Shown here in pieces: positions 38,490 through 47,477 of a DNA stretch of 64,000 nt. Source of the stretch: a virus. The stretch's first letter is position 1. Each line of letters begins with the position of its first letter. The notes below the pieces were generated by a model that made no database searches, was not told the origin of the DNA, and worked only from the letters and a program-made list of their open reading frames with translations. A program made the translations under genes and the position numbers. Location: the IMG/VR virus record IMGVR_UViG_3300009181_000064, positions 7,229 to 71,228 of that record; one strand, 5' to 3'.

Positions 38490-39404
38490 ATGGCAAATAA
38501 TAAAACTGGATTGAAAAACATTCCAAAAATTCCGGTACCAAAATTTAACAAACCGGTATCAACCTCAGCTGCCCCAGCAGCACCAGAAGGCGCACAACCC
38601 CAACCAGGTCAATTGCAAATTAATATTGATGAATTGCGTAAAGAAAAAATCTTTGTTGCAACACCATGTTATGGTGGTATGTTAACAGAGGCATATTTTA
38701 GATCAATGGTTCGTACATTGACATTCTTTAATCAACACCAAATCCCAATCGCATTTGGTACGATTGCAAATGAGTCTTTAGTTACTCGTGCTCGCAATGT
38801 GTTAGTTGCTTATTTTCTACAAAGTAATTATTCTCGTTTACTCTTTATTGATGCAGACATTGAATTCCAAGTTGAAGATGTATTGAAGTTGATTGCGCAC
38901 AATAAAGAAGTTTGCGTTGGTGCATATCCTAAGAAGGGTGTTAACTGGCAACGTATTAAAGAACACGTTATACGCAAAACTGGCGAAGAAATCTCTGATA
39001 GAGATATTGCAGCAGCAGGTTCAGATTATGCGATTAACTTTAAATTTGTTAATCGTGATATGAAACAAATTGCTATTGAAAATGGCGTAATTAAATTGCA
39101 TGATGGCGCTACAGGCTTTATGATGATTAAACGTGAAGCAATTGATAAGATGATTGCTGCATATCCAGAGTTGAAGTATAACAATGATTTAAATACCCCT
39201 CCAGATTTGCAAGACTTCTTCTATGCATTCTTTGACACAATGATTGATCCTGTAGATCGTCGTTATTTGTCAGAAGATTATACATTCAGCAGACGCTGGC
39301 AAAGCATCGGCGGCGACATTTGGCTCGACCCAACAATCTCATTGAACCACTTTGGAGCATTTAACTTCCAAGGTAATCCATCACAAATTATTCAAATTGG
39401 ATAA
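38490..39404 (+). CDS. GT-A fold glycosyltransferase-like protein
   Basis: IFVATPCYGG, ESLVTRARN.LV..FL, LLFIDADI (DxD), GAYPKK, ATGFMMIKR, YLSEDY.F..RW...GG.IW.D...L.H.G; Pro/Ala-rich N-terminus. Confidence 0.7.
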   Translation: MANNKTGLKNIPKIPVPKFNKPVSTSAAPAAPEGAQPQPGQLQINIDELRKEKIFVATPCYGGMLTEAYFRSMVRTLTFFNQHQIPIAFGTIANESLVTRARNVLVAYFLQSNYSRLLFIDADIEFQVEDVLKLIAHNKEVCVGAYPKKGVNWQRIKEHVIRKTGEEISDRDIAAAGSDYAINFKFVNRDMKQIAIENGVIKLHDGATGFMMIKREAIDKMIAAYPELKYNNDLNTPPDLQDFFYAFFDTMIDPVDRRYLSEDYTFSRRWQSIGGDIWLDPTISLNHFGAFNFQGNPSQIIQIG

Positions 39405-39407
39405 TCA

Positions 39408-39848
39408 ATGAAATTATCTGACCTGCAGGAACTGTGGGCAGATGATTGTAAGATTGACGAAACAAATCTTGGACATGAATCTGCTCGCACCCCTACTTTA
39501 CATTCTAAGTATTTAAATTTTTTAACATCTACTCGGCTTAATTTACGTAAGGCTGAGTCTGACTACTTAAACCTTCGCCGCAAAAAGTACAAATATTTCA
39601 GAGGAGAAATGACTCAACTGGAATTAACTGACGAAGGCTGGAATCAATGGCAAGGTAACAAACCATTAAAGAATGAAATGGATGAATTTCTTCAGGTGGA
39701 TCCAGACTTAATTATCCTACAAGATAAAATTGAGTATTTTAAAACTGTCATGTATCAGCTTGAACAAATTATTAGATCATTGAATAGTAGAACATGGGAT
39801 ATTAAAAATAGTATTGAATGGACTAAATTCACAAACGGTTTAATGTAA
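39408..39848 (+). CDS. uvsY: Recombination mediator UvsY
   Basis: W..D.KID...L..ES...P.LHSKYL, R.WDIKNSIEW.KF..G; precedes uvsW. Confidence 0.92.
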   Translation: MKLSDLQELWADDCKIDETNLGHESARTPTLHSKYLNFLTSTRLNLRKAESDYLNLRRKKYKYFRGEMTQLELTDEGWNQWQGNKPLKNEMDEFLQVDPDLIILQDKIEYFKTVMYQLEQIIRSLNSRTWDIKNSIEWTKFTNGLM

Positions 39849-41332
39849 TGTCTGATATAAGAATAAGAAAAAAGAACGAAGTATACTTAAATGTTGATGC
39901 TGAACCTTCAATTGCTCAAGAATTGAACGATCACTTTTCATTTGAGGTTCCTGGTGCAAAATTTCACCCTCTTTATAGATCAAAGATGTGGGATGGTCGC
40001 GTGAGACTTTTTTCGATGTTCTCAAAAGAGTTATATGTTGGGTTAAAAGACTACGTAGAACATTTTGCCAAAGAGCGTGATTATACTGTAGATTATTCTG
40101 AATATGTTCATACTGCTGACCCATGCACTCTTGAAGAAATAAAAGAGTTTGTAAAAGAACTTAACATTGGGTCAAAGGGCGAACCTCTCGAAATGAGAGA
40201 TTATCAGATTGATGCTGTTTACAAAGCAATTAGTGACGGCAGACGTTTGTTATTATCCCCTACTGGTTCGGGAAAATCATACATCATTTATTGCGTAATG
40301 CGTTGGCATGAAAAATATAGTAGACGTCAATTAATTTTAGTCCCTACTACTTCGCTTGTTGAACAAATGTATTCTGATTTTCAAGATTACTCTTGTTTAA
40401 ATGGTTGGAAAACATCTAATCATTGTCATCGCATCTACGGCGGCCATGAAAAATCTAATGAGTATGATGTTGTTATTAGTACTTGGCAATCGTTATATAA
40501 GTTACCTAAAAAATTCTTTGATGATTTTCAGGCAATTTATGGAGATGAAGCGCATTTGTTTAAAGCCAAATCACTAACAGGTATTCTAAATAAATGCCCC
40601 GGTGCTCCTTATCGTATAGGTACTACTGGAACATTAGATGGAACGCAGACACATAAGTTAGTTCTTGAAGGATTATTTGGTCCCGTTTATAAAGTTACTA
40701 CAACTAAGAAACTTATTGCGAATAAAACTTTAGCTGACCTGCAAATATATAATTTAATATTAGATTATTCGGATGAGATTAAAAAGGCACTTAAAGGAAA
40801 GACATATCAAGAAGAAATGGATTTTCTAGTACAGCATGAACCTCGGAATAAATTTATTCGTAATTTGACTCTAAAGCAAGAAGGCAATAGTCTTGTCCTA
40901 TTTCAGTATGTGGAAAAACACGGTAAAAATCTATATCAAATGATTAATGATAAAGCTGAAAATCGAAAGGTGTTTTTTGTTTATGGCGGGACAGATACGG
41001 AACAAAGAGAACAAATTCGAGCATTGACAGAGAAGGAGAATAATGCTATAATAGTAGCATCATATGGAACTTTCTCAACAGGTATAAATATTAAAAACCT
41101 ACATAATATTATTTTTGCATCTCCTTCTAAATCTCGAATTAGAAATTTACAATCGATTGGCAGGGGATTGAGAACAAGTGAAACTAAAAGTAGTTGTACC
41201 TTATATGATATAGGCGATGATTTGACTTGGAAGTCTAAAAAGAATTATACTTTATTACACATGATAGAACGAATCAAAATCTATAACGATGAACATTTTG
41301 AATATAAACTAATAAAAGTAACCCTACAATGA
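39848..41332 (+). CDS. uvsW: SF2 helicase UvsW
   Basis: WDGR.RLF, SPTGSGKS, DEAH, GTTGT, ASYGTFSTGINI.NLH, QSIGR.LR. Confidence 0.96.
   Translation: MSDIRIRKKNEVYLNVDAEPSIAQELNDHFSFEVPGAKFHPLYRSKMWDGRVRLFSMFSKELYVGLKDYVEHFAKERDYTVDYSEYVHTADPCTLEEIKEFVKELNIGSKGEPLEMRDYQIDAVYKAISDGRRLLLSPTGSGKSYIIYCVMRWHEKYSRRQLILVPTTSLVEQMYSDFQDYSCLNGWKTSNHCHRIYGGHEKSNEYDVVISTWQSLYKLPKKFFDDFQAIYGDEAHLFKAKSLTGILNKCPGAPYRIGTTGTLDGTQTHKLVLEGLFGPVYKVTTTKKLIANKTLADLQIYNLILDYSDEIKKALKGKTYQEEMDFLVQHEPRNKFIRNLTLKQEGNSLVLFQYVEKHGKNLYQMINDKAENRKVFFVYGGTDTEQREQIRALTEKENNAIIVASYGTFSTGINIKNLHNIIFASPSKSRIRNLQSIGRGLRTSETKSSCTLYDIGDDLTWKSKKNYTLLHMIERIKIYNDEHFEYKLIKVTLQ
41024..41052 (+). promoter_or_regulatory. Consensus sigma70 promoter inside uvsW, facing gp55
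   Basis: TTGACA (41024-41029), 17 nt, TATAAT (41047-41052), with extended -10 TG. Confidence 0.65.
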
Positions 41333-41745
41333 ACCAATCATATAAACTATTAAAACTTAATACAGGTGACGATATAGTTTGTAAAACTGAAGAAAATTTA
41401 TCATTAAAAGATAAGGAAAGTATTTTCGTACAGGACCCCATGGTGCTTGATCAAATTAGAGTACCTTATGGATCTGGTATAATGGAATCTTATACTTTAT
41501 CTCCTTGGATGGCAATGACCGAAGATACTTTTTATGAAATACCTGTACGTTATATTATTGTAGCTGCGGATATTAAAGAAAATCTTAAAGATAATTATAT
41601 AAAGTATGTACAAAATCGCAAAGAAGCAGAACTAAATGCAGAATGCGAAGATAAAGAAGAATCTGATAACTCTGAAATTGAAAAAGACCCTAACTATGAA
41701 AACAGCCAAAGCACCATTAAACGTCGCGGAAAACTTGTCCACTAA
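41329..41745 (+). CDS. Conserved hypothetical protein (uvsW-gp55 neighbour)
   Basis: KLLKL.TGDDIVC...PW; usual gene position in T4-like phages. Confidence 0.65.
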   Translation: MNQSYKLLKLNTGDDIVCKTEENLSLKDKESIFVQDPMVLDQIRVPYGSGIMESYTLSPWMAMTEDTFYEIPVRYIIVAADIKENLKDNYIKYVQNRKEAELNAECEDKEESDNSEIEKDPNYENSQSTIKRRGKLVH

Positions 41746-42295
41746 ACCTAAGATGCAGGTGTCATCCCATTATGTTGACAACAAAAAATTCTTACAAGCA
41801 TTAATAGACTATCGACAAAGTGTAGTTGACGCAGCCGCAAAAGGTGAAGAACCTCCGATTGTTTCAAAATACATAGGAGAATGCTTTATTAAGATTTCAA
41901 CCCATCTTTCATACAAATCTAATTTTATTAATTATACCTTTAAAGATGATATGATATCCGATGGTATTGAAAATTGTTTAACGGCGGTTGTTAAATTTGA
42001 TCCTGCAAAATCTTCAAACCCGTTTGCTTATTATACACAAGTTATCTATTTTGCATTCATTAGACGTATCCAAAAAGAAAAGAAACAACAAGCAACCAAA
42101 TACAAGCTAATTGAGAATATGGATATTGATGCTTTAATTTCTCAAGAACAAGATGGTGAATTTGGTTCGCAATTCTTAGATTATCTAAAACGACAAATGG
42201 ATACTATTGATATTGAAAAACGGGTAATGAATATTCCGAAAAAGGCTAAAAAAGTTCGAGATGATATCGAAAATCCGCTTGACCTTGATGACTAA
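41696..42295 (+). CDS. gp55: Late-transcription sigma factor gp55
   Basis: HYVDNKKF..AL, YIGECF.KI..HLS.K.NF.NY...DDMISDGIENC, NPFAYYTQ..YFAFIRRIQKEKKQ. Start uncertain. Confidence 0.95.
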   Translation: MKTAKAPLNVAENLSTKPKMQVSSHYVDNKKFLQALIDYRQSVVDAAAKGEEPPIVSKYIGECFIKISTHLSYKSNFINYTFKDDMISDGIENCLTAVVKFDPAKSSNPFAYYTQVIYFAFIRRIQKEKKQQATKYKLIENMDIDALISQEQDGEFGSQFLDYLKRQMDTIDIEKRVMNIPKKAKKVRDDIENPLDLDD

Positions 42296-42307
42296 ACACT
42301 ATATAAT
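42279..42307 (+). promoter_or_regulatory. Sigma70 promoter for queE
   Basis: TTGACC (42279-42284), 17 nt, TATAAT (42302-42307). Confidence 0.65.
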
Positions 42308-42330
42308 ATGTAGTATAAATTCTCGGAGAT

Positions 42331-43203
42331 ATGATGGCAAAATTGAAAATATCAGAACTATTTTATAGTATTCAGGGCGAAGGTAGATACATGGGAGTTC
42401 CTTCTGTGTTCTTAAGAACATTTGGTTGCAACTTTACTTGCGACGGATTTGGAATGACAAAGGGTGAAAAGAGTAATGAAAGAAATGTTATTGCAATTAA
42501 AGCTGATAGTTTTACTACCTATAAAGATCTTCCTCTTGTTCATACAGGTTGCGACTCTTATGCTTCTTGGGATCCTCGGTTTAAGCATCTTAGCCCTGTA
42601 CTCTCTACTGATAGCATTACCGATACAATTATGGATATACTACCGCACAAGAGGTGGGAAGACGAACATCTTGTAATCACAGGCGGTGAACCTTTATTAG
42701 GTTGGCAAAAACAATATCCTGAATTATTAGATAATGAAAAGATGTTAGGGTTAAAAGAACTAACATTTGAGACAAATGGCACCCAACCGCTAACGCCTGA
42801 GTTTAAACAATATCTCCTAAATTGGACATTGAGTAATAAAAATAGATCAAATAAAAGAGGTCGTGATACTTTAACATTTTCAGTCTCTCCTAAATTATCT
42901 GTATCCGGTGAAAAATGGGAAGATGCAATTTGTCCTGAAATTGTTGCAGGATATGAATGGTGCGGATATACTTATCTTAAATTTGTAATTGCTTCACCCC
43001 AAGATGCGGAAGAAGCAGAGGAAGCAGTAAATGCATATCGTAAAGCTGGTTTTACGGGTCCTGTTTATCTTATGCCTCTTGGTGGCACTGAGCAGTTGTA
43101 CTCTATTAATAATAGGAATGTTGCAGAACTCGCAATGCGAAAAGGTTGGAGATACTCAGATAGACTCCAAATTCCATTGTTTAAAAACGCATGGGGAACA
43201 TAA
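42331..43203 (+). CDS. queE: 7-carboxy-7-deazaguanine synthase QueE (radical SAM)
   Basis: ISELFYSIQGEG...G.PSVFLRTFGCNFTC...GCDS, VITGGEPLL, TFETNGT, SVSPKL, YLKFV, VYLMP, WRYSDRLQ. Confidence 0.9.
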   Translation: MMAKLKISELFYSIQGEGRYMGVPSVFLRTFGCNFTCDGFGMTKGEKSNERNVIAIKADSFTTYKDLPLVHTGCDSYASWDPRFKHLSPVLSTDSITDTIMDILPHKRWEDEHLVITGGEPLLGWQKQYPELLDNEKMLGLKELTFETNGTQPLTPEFKQYLLNWTLSNKNRSNKRGRDTLTFSVSPKLSVSGEKWEDAICPEIVAGYEWCGYTYLKFVIASPQDAEEAEEAVNAYRKAGFTGPVYLMPLGGTEQLYSINNRNVAELAMRKGWRYSDRLQIPLFKNAWGT

Positions 43204-43400
43204 TGTCAAATAGTGCTTTAAATCAAGTTACCACATATGGCATCAATGCTACTGATAAACATATGGATGGGTTTTATCAATTTTCATATAAACAAAAATT
43301 GTATGAAGTAATGTGGGAAGCACAACGGCAATTAAGTCGATGTGACACATTCGTAGGTGAGGAAGAATGGGTTGCTGAAAGTCTCCCAAAATATAAATAA
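43203..43400 (+). CDS. Small hypothetical protein
   Basis: 65 aa, TAATG overlap with the queE stop. Confidence 0.55.
   Translation: MSNSALNQVTTYGINATDKHMDGFYQFSYKQKLYEVMWEAQRQLSRCDTFVGEEEWVAESLPKYK
43392..43399 (+). promoter_or_regulatory. T4-type late promoter upstream of folE
   Basis: TATAAATA about 60 nt before the folE ATG. Confidence 0.6.
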
Positions 43401-43460
43401 TAATGTTACACAACGGTAACAAATTTCAATTATCATATCCGAGTTAGGAAGGATTCTAAA

Positions 43461-44147
43461 ATGTCATATAACAAAACAAAATGCGACCCCGAGTTGGGTC
43501 TTAAAGTTCACGAACATCTAGTTAAAGTAGGAGTTGAAACTCCTATTAAAGAGACTGGGCAAGTGATTGATCGTAAGGGCAAGATCGATGTAATCGAATC
43601 TTTATTTACAGATATCATGAAAACACTTGGGCTTGATCTTACAGATGATAGTCTAATTGACACGCCTAAGCGTGTTGCTAAGATGTATGTGAATGAAATC
43701 TTTTGGGGACTCGATTATGAGGCTTTCCCTAAATGCACAACTGTTAATAACAAAATGCATTATAATGAAATGGTTGTAGAACGTAATGTTAATGTACAAT
43801 CTAATTGTGAGCATCACTTCGTTGTAATTGATGGATTGGCAACTGTAGCATATGTTCCTAAGCAACGAGTGTTGGGTCTAAGTAAAATTAATCGTATTGT
43901 TGAATATTTCAGCAAACGACCACAGATTCAAGAACGCCTAACAGAACAAATTTTCCATACACTACAGTTTATTCTTGATACTGAAGATGTTGCTGTATTG
44001 ATTGATGCACAACACTATTGTGTTAAATCTAGAGGTGTTGAAGATACAGGAAGTTCTACAGTCACCGTTCGCTTAGGTGGCGGATTTAAAAATCACCCAG
44101 AAGTAAGAAACGAGTTTTATCAGATTGCAAGACAAGGATGTAAATGA
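43461..44147 (+). CDS. folE: GTP cyclohydrolase I
   Basis: DTPKRVAKMY..EIF.GL, SNCEHHF, GLSKINRIVEYFSKRPQIQERLT, AQHYCVKSRGV. Confidence 0.97.
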   Translation: MSYNKTKCDPELGLKVHEHLVKVGVETPIKETGQVIDRKGKIDVIESLFTDIMKTLGLDLTDDSLIDTPKRVAKMYVNEIFWGLDYEAFPKCTTVNNKMHYNEMVVERNVNVQSNCEHHFVVIDGLATVAYVPKQRVLGLSKINRIVEYFSKRPQIQERLTEQIFHTLQFILDTEDVAVLIDAQHYCVKSRGVEDTGSSTVTVRLGGGFKNHPEVRNEFYQIARQGCK

Positions 44148-44653
44148 CAGTTAATGTAATGGTTGACTTGGAAACAATGTCAACAAGATCGCATGCAGCT
44201 ATTTGTTCAATCGGTGCAGTAAAATTTGAAGGCAGTAAAATTATAGATACATTTTACTGCACCGTTGACCTTGCTAGCTGTAAAGAAGCCGGGTTACATA
44301 TTTCCAAGGATACTGTTGAATGGTGGTCTAAACAAAATAAAGAAGCATTGCGAGAATTAACTAAAAATAATATCTCATTACAAGAAGCTCTTGATAAATT
44401 TGAGTTATGGTTTGGCCCTAAGAGTTTACCTATTTGGGGCAACGGTGCAGTATTTGACAATACTATTTTAGGCAATGCGTATTTTATTACAGGCAGAGAA
44501 CCGCCTTGGAAATGCTGGGATGATAGATGTTATCGTACCGCTAAAGCAATGTTTAATTGGATTCCGACAGACGATCGCCAAGGCACCTACCATAACGCAT
44601 TAGATGATGCTATGCATCAGACAAAACACCTAATTAAAATTCTTGGGGATTAA
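44144..44653 (+). CDS. DEDD 3'-5' exonuclease (Rv2179c / exonuclease VIII-like)
   Basis: VMVDLETM, SIGAV.F, T.EWW.KQ, WGNGA.FD..IL, RCYRT, HNALDDA..Q. Confidence 0.85.
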   Translation: MTVNVMVDLETMSTRSHAAICSIGAVKFEGSKIIDTFYCTVDLASCKEAGLHISKDTVEWWSKQNKEALRELTKNNISLQEALDKFELWFGPKSLPIWGNGAVFDNTILGNAYFITGREPPWKCWDDRCYRTAKAMFNWIPTDDRQGTYHNALDDAMHQTKHLIKILGD

Positions 44654-44836
44654 ATGACAAATGTCCAGCAACGAATGGAAGAATTGATTAGACCAATCGA
44701 TCAACAAATTTATATGTGCGACGATAGGCGAGATTTATTAATGTTTAATTGCGCAATGTTACAACGAGTTAAAGAAGTATTTGATTTGTTAGTGGGTGAA
44801 GAAGGTCGCAAGAATATGTTTAAAGATTTAGTATGA
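44654..44836 (+). CDS. Small hypothetical protein
   Basis: 60 aa ORF tightly coupled to both neighbours. Confidence 0.55.
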   Translation: MTNVQQRMEELIRPIDQQIYMCDDRRDLLMFNCAMLQRVKEVFDLLVGEEGRKNMFKDLV

Positions 44837-46194
44837 AAACTTATAAAAAGAGAATTGCATTTTGTATTAGTGATCAGCATCTAGTGCCTCACGGTGGTAT
44901 TGGGCAATTTGCCAAAGGGTTTGTTGAGATGGCAAATAAAATTAACTGGAAGGTTGATATTATTACAGACAAACCCACAACAAATGACTTTGCCAAATTA
45001 GTTGAATCATTAGGTGCAAATTTAATTGCACCCAAAAATGCTTTGTCATATAAAAATCATACCGGCACCTTTGCATTTACTGATTCAATTAACTTTGAAA
45101 AGATGATTAACTTTCGTGATGCTGTTATGAATGCGTTTCATACTAACATTTATGACATGGTTGTCTGCAACTCTTTAGAAGCAATGCCTGCAGTATTAAG
45201 TTTTGATCTTAATAATTACATCCCCGTAGTTCTTTACACGCATGAAGAAAGTATGGTATTCCGTGATACGAGAAAATTTAAAGGTGTGTTTTTAGAGAGT
45301 TGTAATGAATTCTTTAATAATTTAATGACAGTTGAAAGTTGTCATATTGGCACACAATCTGCACGAAATGTTTCTGAAATTAAGAACAATGGCGGAGTAA
45401 ATGTAGAGCATTTGAGTATGCCTATGTCTGAAAGAGAATTACTCACAAGCAATTATGCAGAACGAAAAGGTGTCTTGTATATTGGTCGTTGGGAAGATCG
45501 CAAAAATCCAGAAGCATTTTTAAAAGTAATTAAAGAGACTGGATTGCCTGCAAAGATTATGACGAATGTAAACGGCAAAAAGAAATTTGAAGCTCGTCTT
45601 GCAGAACTCGGCATAACAGATTATGAGATTAAAGCTAGCATTGTTGGCAAAGAAAAAGTTGACTTTATTAAATCTGCAAAGGTACACTTTAATCCGTCTC
45701 TAAGAGAAAATTACCCGTTCACATTTTTTGAATGTCTTGGACATATGCCTTGTATTGTTATTGACAAATCTGAATGGGTAACTAATTTTGATAACAAATA
45801 TTATATTCGTTTGCCCCTAAATGAGGTTGCTGAAGTATTAAAAAATGAATATAATGCTGATCGAAAACAACGCAACCATGATGCGTTACAGTATGTAAAA
45901 CATTTGGATTTTCAAACATCTGATAGATGGAAAAAGTTCCTTTCAGGATACAAACAAACATCTTTAGCAAGATCAGACTCCGCAAAAATTAATGATTATT
46001 CTGAAATCAAATATGCAGACTTTATTAAAATCCTAAATAGGACACAATTAGCTATAGATGATGTCAAAAGTATATTGACAAATAAGTCTAAATATAATAT
46101 AATCTATACAGACAACGACACATATTTATCTAAAGATCCAAATTTTATACCAAAAGAAGAAGCAACTTCTTCATTAGAAAGCCTGTTTGCATGA
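44833..46194 (+). CDS. GT-B (GT4-like) glycosyltransferase
   Basis: HGGIGQF N-terminal loop, YIGRWEDRKNPE, PSLRENYPFTFFE (E-x7-E). Confidence 0.8.
   Translation: MKTYKKRIAFCISDQHLVPHGGIGQFAKGFVEMANKINWKVDIITDKPTTNDFAKLVESLGANLIAPKNALSYKNHTGTFAFTDSINFEKMINFRDAVMNAFHTNIYDMVVCNSLEAMPAVLSFDLNNYIPVVLYTHEESMVFRDTRKFKGVFLESCNEFFNNLMTVESCHIGTQSARNVSEIKNNGGVNVEHLSMPMSERELLTSNYAERKGVLYIGRWEDRKNPEAFLKVIKETGLPAKIMTNVNGKKKFEARLAELGITDYEIKASIVGKEKVDFIKSAKVHFNPSLRENYPFTFFECLGHMPCIVIDKSEWVTNFDNKYYIRLPLNEVAEVLKNEYNADRKQRNHDALQYVKHLDFQTSDRWKKFLSGYKQTSLARSDSAKINDYSEIKYADFIKILNRTQLAIDDVKSILTNKSKYNIIYTDNDTYLSKDPNFIPKEEATSSLESLFA
46075..46103 (+). promoter_or_regulatory. Consensus sigma70 promoter upstream of the DpdA-like gene, inside the GT coding sequence
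   Basis: TTGACA (46075-46080), 17 nt, TATAAT (46098-46103). Confidence 0.65.
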
Positions 46195-47477
46195 GAACAT
46201 ATGAATACGTAATTTCTGGCCCAGCATATTTACGCTTGGGCGCAGAACAATGTAATGACCCTATAGTATTAGAAATGATGCTCGACATGATTGCTCGAGT
46301 TTGCCACAATCAAAATAACCATACATTCTCACTATTGTATAATGGGTTTACTGAAAAGAACTTTGGCTCTAAATTACAAAAGTTTCGCCCTTCAATTAAT
46401 AACATTCATGCTGACTCTGGTGGTTTGCAGATTATTACTCGTGGGTTGAAAAATACTTCAGATGTAAGAGAAAAAGTTTATTTGAATCAGGCCACATATG
46501 CCGATATTGGCATGTCTTTTGACGAGATTCCTGTTAAGACAACTTCTACAAGCGGTGTATCATCTAAGATTGATACTAAGCGTAGATATGCAGATATGGA
46601 TAATTTTGACGATTATGCAAGACAAACGGGTCGAAATGTAAAAGCGCAAATTGAAACATTCGATAAGATGGGTAGCAAATGTAGACCATTTGTTATTATG
46701 CAAGGATCGTCTCAAGAATCATATTCACGCTGGGCAAAATTAGCACTTGAAGAAATTACTCCGGCATTGCATCATCGTATTGGTGGTCTTGCTATGGGAT
46801 CAGCTGCTCTAGGTATGGGTCAGCTTGAAGACGTTAAACGAGCATTCTATGTTACACAGATGCCATACACAAGACCATTTCATTTACACGTATTGGGTGT
46901 AGGCGCACTACGTCGTATTCTTCCTTATATTTGTTTCAGTCAATCTGGTTTGTATGAAGGCATTGATATCTCATATGACTCGACAACACATTCTATGTCA
47001 TTGGATAATGGATTGTTTTATTTTTCATTCGCTAAAAAAGCTGCAGGCTCACCATATGGCGGAACCTCTGTAAAAATGGGTAGAGAATATTCTAACATTT
47101 ATAGAACAGTTACTAAAGAAATTAATACAGTGTGTGGAACAAATTATACCCCTGAAGAATATCATATCTTAATGAATAGAGGTGTAGGTGTTCATTTAGA
47201 CGCAGGTGGACAATTTGTAGATATTATGCGAGCACGTCTTGCTTTTATTTTAACAAACGTACACAATTTTACTCACGATGTAAATGCTTTAACAGAATCT
47301 AAAGAATTGTTTTTAAAGTTCTGCAGAGAAAAAGATTGCGAGAATGAATATGCTACATTATTTGATGTTAAGACGCTTGCTGATTTTGAGCATTGGGAAA
47401 AAGATGTAGGCAAACATATGGATTCCGAACCAGTTAACACACAACCACCAGTTTCACTTGAGGATTTATTTGCATGA
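46191..47477 (+). CDS. dpdA: DpdA/TGT-family guanine transglycosylase (putative DNA 7-deazaguanine insertion enzyme)
   Basis: TGT-fold motifs in order: ADSGGLQ, SFDEIP, IMQG, IGGLAMG, HLHVLGVG, SYDSTTH; clustered with folE, queD and queE. Confidence 0.78.
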   Translation: MRTYEYVISGPAYLRLGAEQCNDPIVLEMMLDMIARVCHNQNNHTFSLLYNGFTEKNFGSKLQKFRPSINNIHADSGGLQIITRGLKNTSDVREKVYLNQATYADIGMSFDEIPVKTTSTSGVSSKIDTKRRYADMDNFDDYARQTGRNVKAQIETFDKMGSKCRPFVIMQGSSQESYSRWAKLALEEITPALHHRIGGLAMGSAALGMGQLEDVKRAFYVTQMPYTRPFHLHVLGVGALRRILPYICFSQSGLYEGIDISYDSTTHSMSLDNGLFYFSFAKKAAGSPYGGTSVKMGREYSNIYRTVTKEINTVCGTNYTPEEYHILMNRGVGVHLDAGGQFVDIMRARLAFILTNVHNFTHDVNALTESKELFLKFCREKDCENEYATLFDVKTLADFEHWEKDVGKHMDSEPVNTQPPVSLEDLFA

